Source: an uncultured bacterium (lineage in GTDB: Bacteria; Patescibacteriota; Minisyncoccia; UBA6257; GWB1-50-10). Taken from it: a stretch of 64,000 nt of DNA. The translations under genes were made by a program, and so were the position numbers. The notes beneath the pieces are model-generated. The model was not told the DNA's origin, did not search any database, and saw only the letters and a list, made by a program, of their open reading frames with translations. Location: contig CAIKKG010000001.1 of NCBI GenBank assembly GCA_903827975.1, positions 26,175-90,174 of the forward strand, in the 5' to 3' direction. The stretch's first letter is position 1. Every line of letters begins with the position of its first letter. Shown piece after piece: positions 49,228 through 59,497 of this stretch.

Positions 49228-52200
49228 TTAATTTTTTGGTTCTACAAGAATGCGAACCTCATCACAAATAAACTTCTGCTCGTCATTTTTGAATGAAACC
49301 CTTCCTGCAATTGCTATACATTTACCAACCTCCCACGCTAATGGTGTTTTTTTCATTGACTCTTCGAACACAAGAACCTCAATTTTTTCAGTGTGATCTT
49401 CTATTGTTACAAAAAGCATGGGCGTTCCCTTTTTTGTAGTAATCTTCTCAATAATAGTTACCGCTCCAGCAACCCATTCACGTGGACCGCCCTTACGCTC
49501 GAACTTTACTGGTGGGAGTGCGAGTACAACCTTAATAGGTTTTATCTTGCCGCGCAAAAGAGGAATAAATGGTTCAAACGGGTGACCAGTAATATATAGG
49601 CCCAATAATTCCTTCTCCCATTTTAGTATTGTATTTTTATCTACTGGCGGAGCAGGTTTGATTCGTAATTTTGAAACATGAGCGTCTGCGCCAAACAGAG
49701 AGTTCTGGTTTGCTAATCTGCTACGCTTTGCAGTCTGGTTGAATTGCAAAATCTCCTCAATGTTTGCAATTATATCTCCGCGTGTAACTCCGAAAGAATC
49801 AAATGCTCCAGCCATCGCAAGGTTTTCAAAAGACTTCTTATTCAAATCTTTGTGCTGAATCCTGTTTATGAAGTTTGTTAAATCAGAATATGGACCGTTG
49901 CTATTTCGTTCCTCAATTATATATTGAACAATATTTGCGCCGACATTCTTTATTGCCATTAGACCAAAGCGAATATTCGGGCCATCGACAGCAAAATCCT
50001 GAGCGCTCAGATTTATGTCAGGAGGTAATACTTTTATATTTAAATGCTTCGCCTCGCTTACAAGGAAATTAATTCTATCAATGTCAGTTCCTGAAACATT
50101 AAGAAGGCTTGCGGTGAACTCAACAGTATAGTGAGCCTTTAGGTATGCAGTCTGATAACTTATTGTCGCATAGCATGCCGCGTGACTGCGGTTAAAACCG
50201 TATCTAGCAAATGGAGGGAAGAGTTCCCAGATTTCTTTCGCAATCTTTTCACTAATACCATTCTTAACCATTCCATCAATTAATTTTCCACGTTGTTCCG
50301 CCAAAAGCTCCTTAATCTTTTTTCCTATTGCCTTACGAAGCGTATCGGCTTCTGCAAGTGTGAATCCTGCAAGGTCGCGCGCGATTCTCATCATTTGCTC
50401 CTGATACACACCAACTCCGTATGTTTTTCTTAAAATTGGTTCAAGTCGTGGATGTATGTATTCCACTTCTTCCTTGCCATGCTTACGCAAAATATATGAT
50501 GGAATAAGTTCCATCGGCCCAGGACGGTAAAGAGAAATCATAGCAATAATATCTTCTAACTCAGTTGGTACGAGATCTTTAAGATAATGTCGCATGCCAG
50601 AAGACTCAAGTTGGAATACACCAGTCGTATCGCCAGCACGAAGAAGCTCAAATGTTTTCTGGTCATCAAGTGGAATTGCATCAATATCAATTTTGACCCC
50701 ATGAAGCTCATTGATAATACGAAGTGTCTTTTCAATAATCGTAAGATTTTTTAGTCCCAAAAAGTCCATCTTTAGAACACCCAAGTCTTCAACTGCGTGC
50801 ATTTCGCACTGCGTAACAATAGAGTCCTCGCCCTGAGGAGCTCTCTGTAGTGCCATGTAGTTCGTAAGAGGTTCTGCAGAAATAACAACGCCACAAGCAT
50901 GGACAGATGCGTGGCGGGCAACACCCTCTAATTTTTTTGCAGCATCAATTAGTTTTTTAGCGTCAGGGTTCTTATCGTATATTGCTTTTAATTCTGGTAT
51001 GGCCTGTAAGCTCGCATCAAGCCAACCCGTTTTCATTCCTTGTGTTGGGTTGAAGGGGATTAACTTTGCAATCTCATCACAAAGACCGTATGAAAGTCCA
51101 AGTGCGCGACCAGCGTCACGAATTGCAGCGCGTGCCGCCATTGTTCCAAATGTAATAATCTGCGCAACACGGTCATTACCATATTTTTCTCGCACATAAG
51201 AAACTACCTCGTCACGACGAATATCAGTAAAGTCTGTATCAACGTCGGGAGTCTGTATGCGGTCAGGGTTTAGGAAACGCTCAAAAAGTAGGTCATATTT
51301 TATGGGGTCAATATTTGTAATGCGCAAAATATATGCGATAACGCTGCCAGCAGCAGAACCTCTTCCTGGGCCCACAACAATTCCATGGTCCTTTGCCCAA
51401 TTTATGTAATCCTGAACAATTAAGAAGTAATCAGAGAAGCCAGTCTTTTCAATTACGCCGAGCTCCATTTCAAGTCGCGCCTCTATTTCTGGAGTCATCT
51501 CTGGGTATCGCGTTCCTATCCTCTCATTAATTAGTTGCTTCAGATATTCAAATGAAGTCGAAATACCATCAGGTGGCTCGAATCTAGGAAGAAGAGTTTT
51601 ACCAAGAACAATTTCTAGATTGCACGCATCTGCAATACGATATGTATTTTCAATTGCCTGTGGAATATCTTTAAATATTTCTACCATCTCTTCTTCTGGG
51701 CGGAGCGACAAATCATATTTCTTTAATGTGAGACGGTCCTCATCATCAAGTTTTGTAGATGTCTGTACGGCAAGAAGTATTTCATGAACCGGTCTGTCTT
51801 CAAGTTTTGCGTAGTGCGTGTCTTGTGTTGCAACAACGGGAATGCCGAGCTCATGAGAAAGTTTTAAAAGTGGCGCATGTAGTTCAGGTGAGTGTGGTTG
51901 TAGTTCTAAATAAAAATCATTACCAAAAAGATTCTGATACCAGCGCGCAGCCATTTTTGCCTCATCGATTTTCTTTTCAGCTATAAGTTTTGAAACCTCA
52001 CCACCGTAACATCCGGAAAGACAAATTATTCCTTCGTGATGCTCTTCTAATAATTCTTTATCAATGCGTGGTTTGTAATAAAATCCATCAAGGTTTGATT
52101 TCGTAACGAGCTGAATAATGTTTAGCCAACCCTCAGTATTTTTTGCTAGAAGTATTAAGTGATAGCGCTTCTCATCAACGCCTACGCGTTTATTTAGGCG

Positions 52201-52422
52201 ACCATACGGAGCCATATATGCCTCAACGCCGAGTATTGGTTTTATTCCAGCCTTCTTGGCTGCTTTATAAAATTCAATTGCGCCATAAAGATTGCCATGA
52301 TCGGTGAGTGCTAGAGACTCCATTCCTAATTCCTTTGCGCGAGATACAAGGTCATTCACTTTTGCGAGACCATCAAGAAGAGAGTAATGAGAGTGAACAT
52401 GGAGATGTACGAATTTATTCAT
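49228..52422 (-). CDS. dnaE: DNA polymerase III alpha subunit
   Basis: PHP motif FVHLHVHSHYSLLDG, GRGSAAGS, PDVDTDF, YGFNRSHA; start moved to ATG 52422. Confidence 0.97.
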   Translation of the reverse strand: MNKFVHLHVHSHYSLLDGLAKVNDLVSRAKELGMESLALTDHGNLYGAIEFYKAAKKAGIKPILGVEAYMAPYGRLNKRVGVDEKRYHLILLAKNTEGWLNIIQLVTKSNLDGFYYKPRIDKELLEEHHEGIICLSGCYGGEVSKLIAEKKIDEAKMAARWYQNLFGNDFYLELQPHSPELHAPLLKLSHELGIPVVATQDTHYAKLEDRPVHEILLAVQTSTKLDDEDRLTLKKYDLSLRPEEEMVEIFKDIPQAIENTYRIADACNLEIVLGKTLLPRFEPPDGISTSFEYLKQLINERIGTRYPEMTPEIEARLEMELGVIEKTGFSDYFLIVQDYINWAKDHGIVVGPGRGSAAGSVIAYILRITNIDPIKYDLLFERFLNPDRIQTPDVDTDFTDIRRDEVVSYVREKYGNDRVAQIITFGTMAARAAIRDAGRALGLSYGLCDEIAKLIPFNPTQGMKTGWLDASLQAIPELKAIYDKNPDAKKLIDAAKKLEGVARHASVHACGVVISAEPLTNYMALQRAPQGEDSIVTQCEMHAVEDLGVLKMDFLGLKNLTIIEKTLRIINELHGVKIDIDAIPLDDQKTFELLRAGDTTGVFQLESSGMRHYLKDLVPTELEDIIAMISLYRPGPMELIPSYILRKHGKEEVEYIHPRLEPILRKTYGVGVYQEQMMRIARDLAGFTLAEADTLRKAIGKKIKELLAEQRGKLIDGMVKNGISEKIAKEIWELFPPFARYGFNRSHAACYATISYQTAYLKAHYTVEFTASLLNVSGTDIDRINFLVSEAKHLNIKVLPPDINLSAQDFAVDGPNIRFGLMAIKNVGANIVQYIIEERNSNGPYSDLTNFINRIQHKDLNKKSFENLAMAGAFDSFGVTRGDIIANIEEILQFNQTAKRSRLANQNSLFGADAHVSKLRIKPAPPVDKNTILKWEKELLGLYITGHPFEPFIPLLRGKIKPIKVVLALPPVKFERKGGPREWVAGAVTIIEKITTKKGTPMLFVTIEDHTEKIEVLVFEESMKKTPLAWEVGKCIAIAGRVSFKNDEQKFICDEVRILVEPKN

Positions 52423-52573
52423 TGAGTTTCGGAATAGTTGCCCCGACCTATGCAAGCCCATCGAGGGAAATTAATTTCCTTCTCATTCTACTTTTCTATT
52501 CAGAATGAAACAATGTGTGGATAGTGAGATTTGTGGCATAGTAGGGGAGCAATATCTTGTCAACAATTAAGGT

Positions 52574-52604
52574 TTTACGTAAAAATACGTAAATATGCTA
52601 TAAT
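52574..52604 (+). promoter_or_regulatory. lexA promoter with palindromic candidate operator
   Basis: TTTACGTA-AAAA-TACGTAAA (52574-52593) next to extended -10 TGCTATAAT (52596-52604). Confidence 0.6.
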
Positions 52605-52610
52605 TTAGCC

Positions 52611-53270
52611 ATGCATCAAATACAGGAATCACTTTTAAAACTTGCAGGCGAAAAAAATCTCGGTCAGTTCACACTCCGAGAAATAGGCGCATTTATAGGT
52701 GAGGATTCACCACAAAAAGTTAAACATCATATTCAGCAGTTACAACAGAAAGGATTAATTAAAATTGATAAAGTGAAAGGAACAATACAAAAAACAAAAC
52801 AAGAGTGGGAGAAAAGTCTTTTGGGTGCTGTGAGACTTCTATCTATTCCTATTCTGGGTGCGGTGAACGCGGGGCCTGCGCAGATTTTTGCAGAAACAAA
52901 TATTGAGGGATTTTTGAAGGTCTCTAGTGCACTTCTCGACAATACACCTCGCGATGTACAGACATTTTTAGCACTTAAGGTTGTAGGCCCGAGCATGAAC
53001 CGCGCGGAGATAAACAAAAAGCGAATTGAGGACGGGGATTATGTGATTGTGGATATTGGTGACAGGAATGTCAGTGATGGAGATATAGTTTTATCTATCA
53101 TTGATGGCATGGCCAACATAAAAAGATTCCGCCACGATAAGGAGAATGGTCATGTTGTCCTTATGTCAGAATCAACAAAAGATTTCCCACCTATCTATAT
53201 TCATGAGAACGATAATTTCATGATTAACGGTAAGGTTATTCAGGTTATTAAAAAACCTATGTTTGGCTAA
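52611..53270 (+). CDS. lexA: LexA-like repressor (wHTH plus S24 peptidase)
   Basis: TLREIG..HHIQQLQQKG HTH; Ala-Gly site VNAG; catalytic GPSM Ser and IKRF Lys. Confidence 0.88.
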   Translation: MHQIQESLLKLAGEKNLGQFTLREIGAFIGEDSPQKVKHHIQQLQQKGLIKIDKVKGTIQKTKQEWEKSLLGAVRLLSIPILGAVNAGPAQIFAETNIEGFLKVSSALLDNTPRDVQTFLALKVVGPSMNRAEINKKRIEDGDYVIVDIGDRNVSDGDIVLSIIDGMANIKRFRHDKENGHVVLMSESTKDFPPIYIHENDNFMINGKVIQVIKKPMFG

Positions 53271-53341
53271 AAGTCATTTTTATCTTCTAAAAATATAACT
53301 ATGCAATTTCACGGCATTCACTGTATGCTGAAATTATATAG

Positions 53342-54007
53342 ATGAGAAAAATTAAGAGTGGTAAGTGGATCATAGGAATAGATGAAGTTGGGCGTGGCGC
53401 ACTCGCCGGACCGGTTACAGTCGGTATTTTTGCAATACACTCAAAAAATTCAAAATTAATTAAATCATCTGGTCTTACGCTTAGAGATTCAAAAAAGTTG
53501 TCAGCACTTCAGAGGGAGGTATGGGTAAGGCATATGAACTTATGGAAGAAGGAGGGGCGGGATGTATATTTTGCAACGTGCAGTATGTCTCACAAGGTTG
53601 TAGATAAGATTAATGTTGCTGAGGCAGCAAATAAGGCAGCAACAAGGGCACTAGATAAACTTCTTATAGATTCCGCAATAAATCCGAATAATGCTAAAGT
53701 TTTTTTGGACGGCGGACTATACATAAAAGACAAGTATCTGATTAAAAACAGGGGCATGGCCAGAAAACTTCCAAAATCAGAAACACTCATTAAAGGTGAC
53801 GAGAATGTGCCAGTTATTGCACTCGCATCTATCCTTGCTAAGGTTACTAGGGACAGAAAACTAACTAAGTTGGATGCAGAGTACCCAGTATATAAGTTCG
53901 CAACCCATAAGGGGTATGGTACTAAGGTTCATATACGCGCAATTAAGGCCAATGGTATTTCCGATATTCACAGATTGACCTTCACGAAGAAATGGGCTAA
54001 TATCTAA
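53342..54007 (+). CDS. rnhB: Ribonuclease HII
   Basis: GIDEVGRGALAGPV, RDSKKL, ASILAKVTRD, HKGYGT. Confidence 0.95.
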   Translation: MRKIKSGKWIIGIDEVGRGALAGPVTVGIFAIHSKNSKLIKSSGLTLRDSKKLSALQREVWVRHMNLWKKEGRDVYFATCSMSHKVVDKINVAEAANKAATRALDKLLIDSAINPNNAKVFLDGGLYIKDKYLIKNRGMARKLPKSETLIKGDENVPVIALASILAKVTRDRKLTKLDAEYPVYKFATHKGYGTKVHIRAIKANGISDIHRLTFTKKWANI

Positions 54008-54012
54008 CCGAT

Positions 54013-54207
54013 ATGTCAAGAACAAGTCATCACGCAAAATCAAAAGTTGGCAGAAGGCGTTCCCAGTTGGCAAGAAAGCCACAACACCTTACAGCATGTG
54101 TAAACTGTGGAGGACCTACACTCGCACACAAAGCATGCCCACAGTGCGGAACGTATAAGAAAGCCGAAAAGAAAGTTGTAGCGAAAGTTAGCAAGGTGGC
54201 GAAGTAA
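54013..54207 (+). CDS. rpmF: 50S ribosomal protein L32
   Basis: Basic N-terminus, CVNCG..HKACPQCGTY. Confidence 0.92.
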   Translation: MSRTSHHAKSKVGRRRSQLARKPQHLTACVNCGGPTLAHKACPQCGTYKKAEKKVVAKVSKVAK

Positions 54208-54258
54208 TTCGCCCCCTTTTGTTTTTTATTAGATAATTTACAATTATATAAGTAACCT

Positions 54259-54723
54259 ATGGCTACCAGACACCTTGTAAGAACAATAGTTTTACAGTCC
54301 CTTTACGAGTGGGATTTTTATAAGCAGCAAACCGACCTTACAAAGATCGTTGAGAGAAACATAGTCGAATTTGGACCCGGCATTGATGAGCCGGATTTTG
54401 TTTGGCGCACTGTTAAGGGCGTTATTGAGCATTTACCAGCAATTAACAAAGTAATTGAAAAAGCAGCACCAGAGTGGCCGCTTGAGCAGATTGCAATAAT
54501 CGATAGAAATGTACTAAGAATAGGGCTTTATGAACTGCTTTTTGCAGACAAGGCCGAGGTGCCAGCAAAAGTCGCAATTAACGAGGCGATAGAAATTGCA
54601 AAAGCATATGGCGGGGTGAACTCACCTAAGTTTATTAATGGCGTACTAGGCACTGTTTATAGGGAGATAACCGGAGATGTCGGAGAGGAAAAGAAGGAGG
54701 AAGAAAAAACAACTAAAGAATAG
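54259..54723 (+). CDS. nusB: Antitermination factor NusB
   Basis: [25 protein letters not shown]. Confidence 0.95.
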   Translation: MATRHLVRTIVLQSLYEWDFYKQQTDLTKIVERNIVEFGPGIDEPDFVWRTVKGVIEHLPAINKVIEKAAPEWPLEQIAIIDRNVLRIGLYELLFADKAEVPAKVAINEAIEIAKAYGGVNSPKFINGVLGTVYREITGDVGEEKKEEEKTTKE

Positions 54724-54746
54724 TATTTGCATTTCGCAGAGTTTCA

Positions 54747-55451
54747 ATGAAAAAACCGAAAGACTTGGAAGAGAAATTAAATATTGTTTTCAATAATCAG
54801 GATTTATTGAAAGAAGCGCTCACTCATCGTTCATATTTGAATGAAAATCAATCCTGGGGATACAAGAACAATGAGCGTTTGGAATATCTTGGCGATGCTG
54901 TACTCGAGCTAATTGTTACAGAAAATTTATTTTCACGTTTCCCAGACTTTCAAGAGGGTTATTTAACAAGTCTTAGGGCGGCACTCGTTAATTATCAGAT
55001 GCTCGGACGCGTTGCAAAGGAGATTACACTTGATAAATATCTATATCTTTCTAAAGGAGAGTCTAAGGATTTTGGTAAGGCACGAGAAGTTATTCTTGCA
55101 AACGCAATCGAGGCACTCTTCGGTGCAATATATCTTGATAGAGGTTACGACGTAACACGAGATTTTGTTATTCGCATCTTACTATCACATCTAGATGAGG
55201 TTATTGAGAAGAGACTATATCTTGACCCAAAGAGCCTACTTCAGGAATTCGTGCAGGATAAGTATAAACTAACTCCGACATATTCCGTTATTAAAGAAGA
55301 GGGTCCAGATCACCAGAAAATATTTTTAGTTGGCGTGTTTATTGGAGACAAAAAAGCAGCGGAAGCGACTGGTTCGTCGAAGCAGGAGGCAGAAACAAAA
55401 TCAGCGCTTGTGGCACTAGATGAATTTGAAGTAAAAAAAGTAAGTAACTAA
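54747..55451 (+). CDS. rnc: Ribonuclease III
   Basis: ALTHRSY, NERLEYLGDAVL, dsRBD GPDH. Confidence 0.96.
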   Translation: MKKPKDLEEKLNIVFNNQDLLKEALTHRSYLNENQSWGYKNNERLEYLGDAVLELIVTENLFSRFPDFQEGYLTSLRAALVNYQMLGRVAKEITLDKYLYLSKGESKDFGKAREVILANAIEALFGAIYLDRGYDVTRDFVIRILLSHLDEVIEKRLYLDPKSLLQEFVQDKYKLTPTYSVIKEEGPDHQKIFLVGVFIGDKKAAEATGSSKQEAETKSALVALDEFEVKKVSN

Positions 55452-57641
55452 ATGCAGACCTTTTTAAAAAAATTGGAGTTGCAGGGATTTAAATCATTCG
55501 CACAGAAAAGCGACTTTGAATTTCCATATAGAGTTGTTGGTATTGTGGGTCCAAACGGCTCAGGTAAATCAAATGTAATCGACGCATTACGTTGGGTTCT
55601 TGGCGAAAGAGAGGCAAAACAACTTCGCGGAGATACGCTTGGTAATTTAATTTTTGCTGGTACACCGAAGCGCGCGGCCGTAGGATTCGCAAAGGTTACT
55701 TTATATTTTGATAATCGCGAGAGACTTTTTCCTATTGATGCGCCAGAGGTAATGCTTTCGCGCAGAATTGATAGGTCTGGAAACTCACAATTCTTTCTGC
55801 AAGACGCAGAAATTAGATTGAAAGATTTACAACCAATACTTGCAAGAGCAAAGTTGGGGGCCAGAGGTCTTACTATGATAGGTCAGGGGCAGAGCGATCT
55901 TTTTGTGCGAGCAACTCCAGATGAGAGAAGATTAATGATTGAGGAGATTTTGGGACTTAGAGAATTTCGTCTGAAGAAAAACCAGGCAGAAAGACAGCTT
56001 GCATCGAGTGAGGTAAATATGGAAAAGGTTGCGGCCATGCTCGAGGAGATAGCTCCGCACCTCAAATTTTTAAGAAAACAGAAATCACGTTTTGAAAAGA
56101 GATCTGAGATAGAAAAAGACCTACGCACATTTGAAAATACGTATTTTTCACATCGTTTTCAGGCGCTACATAGGGATATAAGCGTCACAGAAAAACCATT
56201 TGCTGAAGCAGAGGATGCGCGCAATATAAAAGAAAAAGAGGTAAGTGAATATGAAAGAGAATTAAAAGCGGTTAGTGGAGGTGAGACGCATGATGCAGAA
56301 CACGCAAAGAAACTTCGCTCAATACTCTCAGAGTTTTTCACAAAGCGTGCAGAGATTGAAAAATTACTCGCTCGTGCTGAGGCAAAGTTGGAATTTTTAT
56401 CAGCAACACCAACACACGCAGAACGCTCATCAATCGAAATGAAGGCGATTCTTGAAGCACTTGAGCAGGAAATTCGCGTAATGGATGAATGGCATGAGTT
56501 AGACAAGATTAAAAACTCATTAAAAACTATGGCTGTTCGAATCTCAGATTTTTTCAAAACTGAGCCAAAGGCTGATACAAAACCATTTGAGGCAGAAATC
56601 GAAAAACTAAGAAGTGAATTGCGTTTTGTTGAGGCAGAAATCGCCAAATCAAGAATAGAGGAGGAGAGAGTTGCTGAAGAGCAACAAAGTTCTAATAAAG
56701 AATTTAGAACCAAAGTAGAGGCACTCGAAATTAAGAAAAATGAGTTGAGAAAATTAGATCAACTCGTTCAGCAGTTAAAGTTTGATAGAGAGAGGTTAAA
56801 AATTAAAATGGAAGAGTTAGAGAGGGACTGGGCAATTCTAGGCCGCTCTATGGACGAGTTGCACACAATTGGAGAGGTTAGAGATATTGTGGAATTTAGT
56901 GATCTTGAACGTAAGATGCTACGTTTGCGCGGAGAACTAGCCGCAATTGGAGAAATAGACGAGACGCTTGTAAAAGAGGCGACTGAGACCGAAACAAGGT
57001 TTGAATTTTTAACCAAAGAACTCGAGGATCTAAGAAATGCAGTCTCTGATTTGCGTTCACTAATCAAGGAGTTGGATCATAAGATTCATATGAATTTTAA
57101 GAGTGCCTTCTCTGCAATAAGCGATGAGTTTAATAATTATTTTCAGCTTATGTTTGGAGGTGGCAAGGCAAAGATGAAGTTGAAAATGCCAGAGGTACAG
57201 ATTCAGGACATAATTCCTATAACAGCTGAGGATTCTGTGAATACGGAAACTGGAGAAGTAAAAGAAGAAAAGAAGGAAAAACTATCAGAGCTTTCAGCTG
57301 GAGTTGAGATAGAGATATCAATACCTCGTAAGAAGATTGGTAGTCTTGATATGTTGTCTGGAGGAGAGAAGAGTTTGGTTTCGTTAGCAGCACTTTTTGC
57401 GCTCATCTCGGTAAGTCCGCCACCATTTTTAGTATTGGATGAAATTGACGCACCTCTTGATGAAGATAATGCGCGTAGATTTTCTGATTTAGTAAAAGAA
57501 TTCTCAAAGAAGACTCAGTTTATTATTGTGACGCATAATCGTACAACAATGGAGTCAGCAGATATCCTGTATGGAGTAACCATGGGTGATGATGGCGTGT
57601 CTAAAACACTATCTCTTAAGCTAGATACCGCAAAAAGCTAA
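55452..57641 (+). CDS. smc: Short SMC-family ATPase (729 aa)
   Basis: GFKSF, GPNGSGKSN, LSGGEK, LDEIDAPLD, THN; follows rnc. Confidence 0.88.
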   Translation: MQTFLKKLELQGFKSFAQKSDFEFPYRVVGIVGPNGSGKSNVIDALRWVLGEREAKQLRGDTLGNLIFAGTPKRAAVGFAKVTLYFDNRERLFPIDAPEVMLSRRIDRSGNSQFFLQDAEIRLKDLQPILARAKLGARGLTMIGQGQSDLFVRATPDERRLMIEEILGLREFRLKKNQAERQLASSEVNMEKVAAMLEEIAPHLKFLRKQKSRFEKRSEIEKDLRTFENTYFSHRFQALHRDISVTEKPFAEAEDARNIKEKEVSEYERELKAVSGGETHDAEHAKKLRSILSEFFTKRAEIEKLLARAEAKLEFLSATPTHAERSSIEMKAILEALEQEIRVMDEWHELDKIKNSLKTMAVRISDFFKTEPKADTKPFEAEIEKLRSELRFVEAEIAKSRIEEERVAEEQQSSNKEFRTKVEALEIKKNELRKLDQLVQQLKFDRERLKIKMEELERDWAILGRSMDELHTIGEVRDIVEFSDLERKMLRLRGELAAIGEIDETLVKEATETETRFEFLTKELEDLRNAVSDLRSLIKELDHKIHMNFKSAFSAISDEFNNYFQLMFGGGKAKMKLKMPEVQIQDIIPITAEDSVNTETGEVKEEKKEKLSELSAGVEIEISIPRKKIGSLDMLSGGEKSLVSLAALFALISVSPPPFLVLDEIDAPLDEDNARRFSDLVKEFSKKTQFIIVTHNRTTMESADILYGVTMGDDGVSKTLSLKLDTAKS

Positions 57642-57789
57642 AAAGCGAGCTCACCGTCTTTAGTCCCATAGCAATAGAGTGCGTGGGGCTTTTTAATGCT
57701 ATTTATTGTTGACTTGAATTGGTTTTGGTGGCATTTTTATTCAAGCACAAACGATAGGAGGCACGTCGTCTCCAAAACAAGGAGGATTT

Positions 57790-57945
57790 GTGGAACAGGT
57801 GAAGATTTTTGAATCAAGGATGCGCAATGAAATTGAGGCGCAGATAAATACCTGGCTTGCTGAGAACCCAGCTCTCGAGATTACTCGGAGAACTCAGTCG
57901 GCGGACTCAAACAGGCTCGTAATCGCTATCTGGTATAAGGCATAG
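57790..57945 (+). CDS. Unlisted small protein (51 aa), Cse60-like pattern
   Basis: AAGGAGG RBS, GTG start, MEQVKIFESRMRNEIEAQINTWLAENPALEITRRTQSADSNRLVIAIWYKA; terminator CCCCGGA..TCCGGGG downstream. Confidence 0.7.
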   Translation: MEQVKIFESRMRNEIEAQINTWLAENPALEITRRTQSADSNRLVIAIWYKA

Positions 57946-58031
57946 TAATATTTTATAAAATATTTACCCCGGAGAATATCCGGGGTTTTTAGTTGACAAT
58001 ATTTCGTATAGCATTTAATCTGTAGAAGATT

Positions 58032-58316
58032 ATGTTAGCTATAAAACTTAAACGAGTAGGAAAAAAGGGGCAGGCAACATTTAGAGTTGTTGTAAACGAA
58101 AAGCGCTCAAAGGTTCAGGGTAAATTTAATGATGACCTTGGATGGTATAACCCACACACAAATGAGGTTAAATTAGACGCAGTAAAAGCTGCTGATTGGA
58201 TGAAAAAAGGCGCACAGCCGACAGAGACGGTGCACAATCTTTTAGTACGAACAGGAGCCATTAAAGAGCATAAGGTTGCACTACATGTGAAACCTGTTAA
58301 GGCGAAAAAGAAATAG
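58032..58316 (+). CDS. rpsP: 30S ribosomal protein S16
   Basis: MLAIKLKRVGKK, LGWYNP, GAQPTETV. Confidence 0.95.
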   Translation: MLAIKLKRVGKKGQATFRVVVNEKRSKVQGKFNDDLGWYNPHTNEVKLDAVKAADWMKKGAQPTETVHNLLVRTGAIKEHKVALHVKPVKAKKK

Positions 58317-58379
58317 TAGTTTTGTATAATAAATTAATAAGAAAGGTCGGGAACACAGAAATTGATTTTACGAACGAAT

Positions 58380-58664
58380 ATGGTATCTGACCAAGAATTT
58401 TTGGAAAAATTGGTGAAGGCAATCGTTGACCATCAGGATGATGTGAAAATTGACCGAAAGGTTGATGAGATGGGTGTTTTACTCACTCTTCATGTTAATG
58501 CCGCAGATATGGGTCAGGTTGTTGGTCGCCAGGGCGTGACAGCGAAAGCTATTCGCACACTTCTCAGAATTATCGGAGTAAAAAATAATGCTCGAGTGAA
58601 TTTGAAGATTGAAGAGCCAGAAGGTTCAACAAGAGGCGAACACAGAGCAGAGCCAGTAGTATAA
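58380..58664 (+). CDS. khpA: KH-domain RNA-binding protein (KhpA/YlqC)
   Basis: DMGQVVGRQGVTAKAIRTLL; conserved position after rpsP. Confidence 0.88.
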   Translation: MVSDQEFLEKLVKAIVDHQDDVKIDRKVDEMGVLLTLHVNAADMGQVVGRQGVTAKAIRTLLRIIGVKNNARVNLKIEEPEGSTRGEHRAEPVV

Positions 58665-58736
58665 TTAATTAAAACTCCGTCATAGAAATATGGCGGTGTT
58701 TTTGTTTTGATGCTACGATTGTGTTTAAGAAGATAT

Positions 58737-59393
58737 ATGAAAAAGTTTCACGTCATATCACTATTTCCAGAGTCACTTGAGTCTTATATAAACGCCTCAA
58801 TAATAGGACGGGCTATAAAAAGTAAATTAATCGCAATAAATCCTATTGCGCTTCGTCCATTTGGCATCGGAAAGCACAAAGTAACAGATGAACCTCCTTA
58901 TGGCGGTGGTCCAGGCATGGTTATGAAAGTTGAGCCAATTTACGCGGCACATAAAAAAGTACTAAGTAAAATTAAAAGTGGTAAGACCAGAACTATTTTA
59001 TTTTCAACACGCGGAAAGGTATTTACTAATACTGACGCAAAGCGTCTTTCAAAATACGATAATATAATTTTAATTTGCGGACGGTATGAGGGTGTGGATG
59101 AGCGCGTCGCTGACTATATAGCAGATGAGGAGGTATCAATCGGAGACTTTGTGCTTTCGGGAGGTGAGCTTCCAGCACTCGTTCTAATTGATGCAATTTC
59201 ACGCCAGATTCCCGGGGTTCTTGGGAAAACTGATTCACTCGAGGAGATTAAAGGTTCATACCCAGTATATACAAAGCCTGCTGAATTCACGCTTAATCTT
59301 CCTGGAAAGAAGAAAAAGGTCTGGAAGGTTCCTGATGTTCTCCAGTCTGGAAATCATAAGCTAATAGAGGAGTGGCGCTCTGGTAATGCATAG
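58737..59393 (+). CDS. trmD: tRNA (m1G37) methyltransferase
   Basis: PYGGGPGMVM, CGRYEGVDER, SIGDFVLSGGE. Confidence 0.96.
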   Translation: MKKFHVISLFPESLESYINASIIGRAIKSKLIAINPIALRPFGIGKHKVTDEPPYGGGPGMVMKVEPIYAAHKKVLSKIKSGKTRTILFSTRGKVFTNTDAKRLSKYDNIILICGRYEGVDERVADYIADEEVSIGDFVLSGGELPALVLIDAISRQIPGVLGKTDSLEEIKGSYPVYTKPAEFTLNLPGKKKKVWKVPDVLQSGNHKLIEEWRSGNA

Positions 59394-59497
59394 GGTATTG
59401 GCATACCAAAAGAACTAGGAATATGGGTGATGGGGTTAGTTAATAAGGGGTTTACAAAATAATCGTTATTGTATACAGTAGAACGTGGACAAAACAT

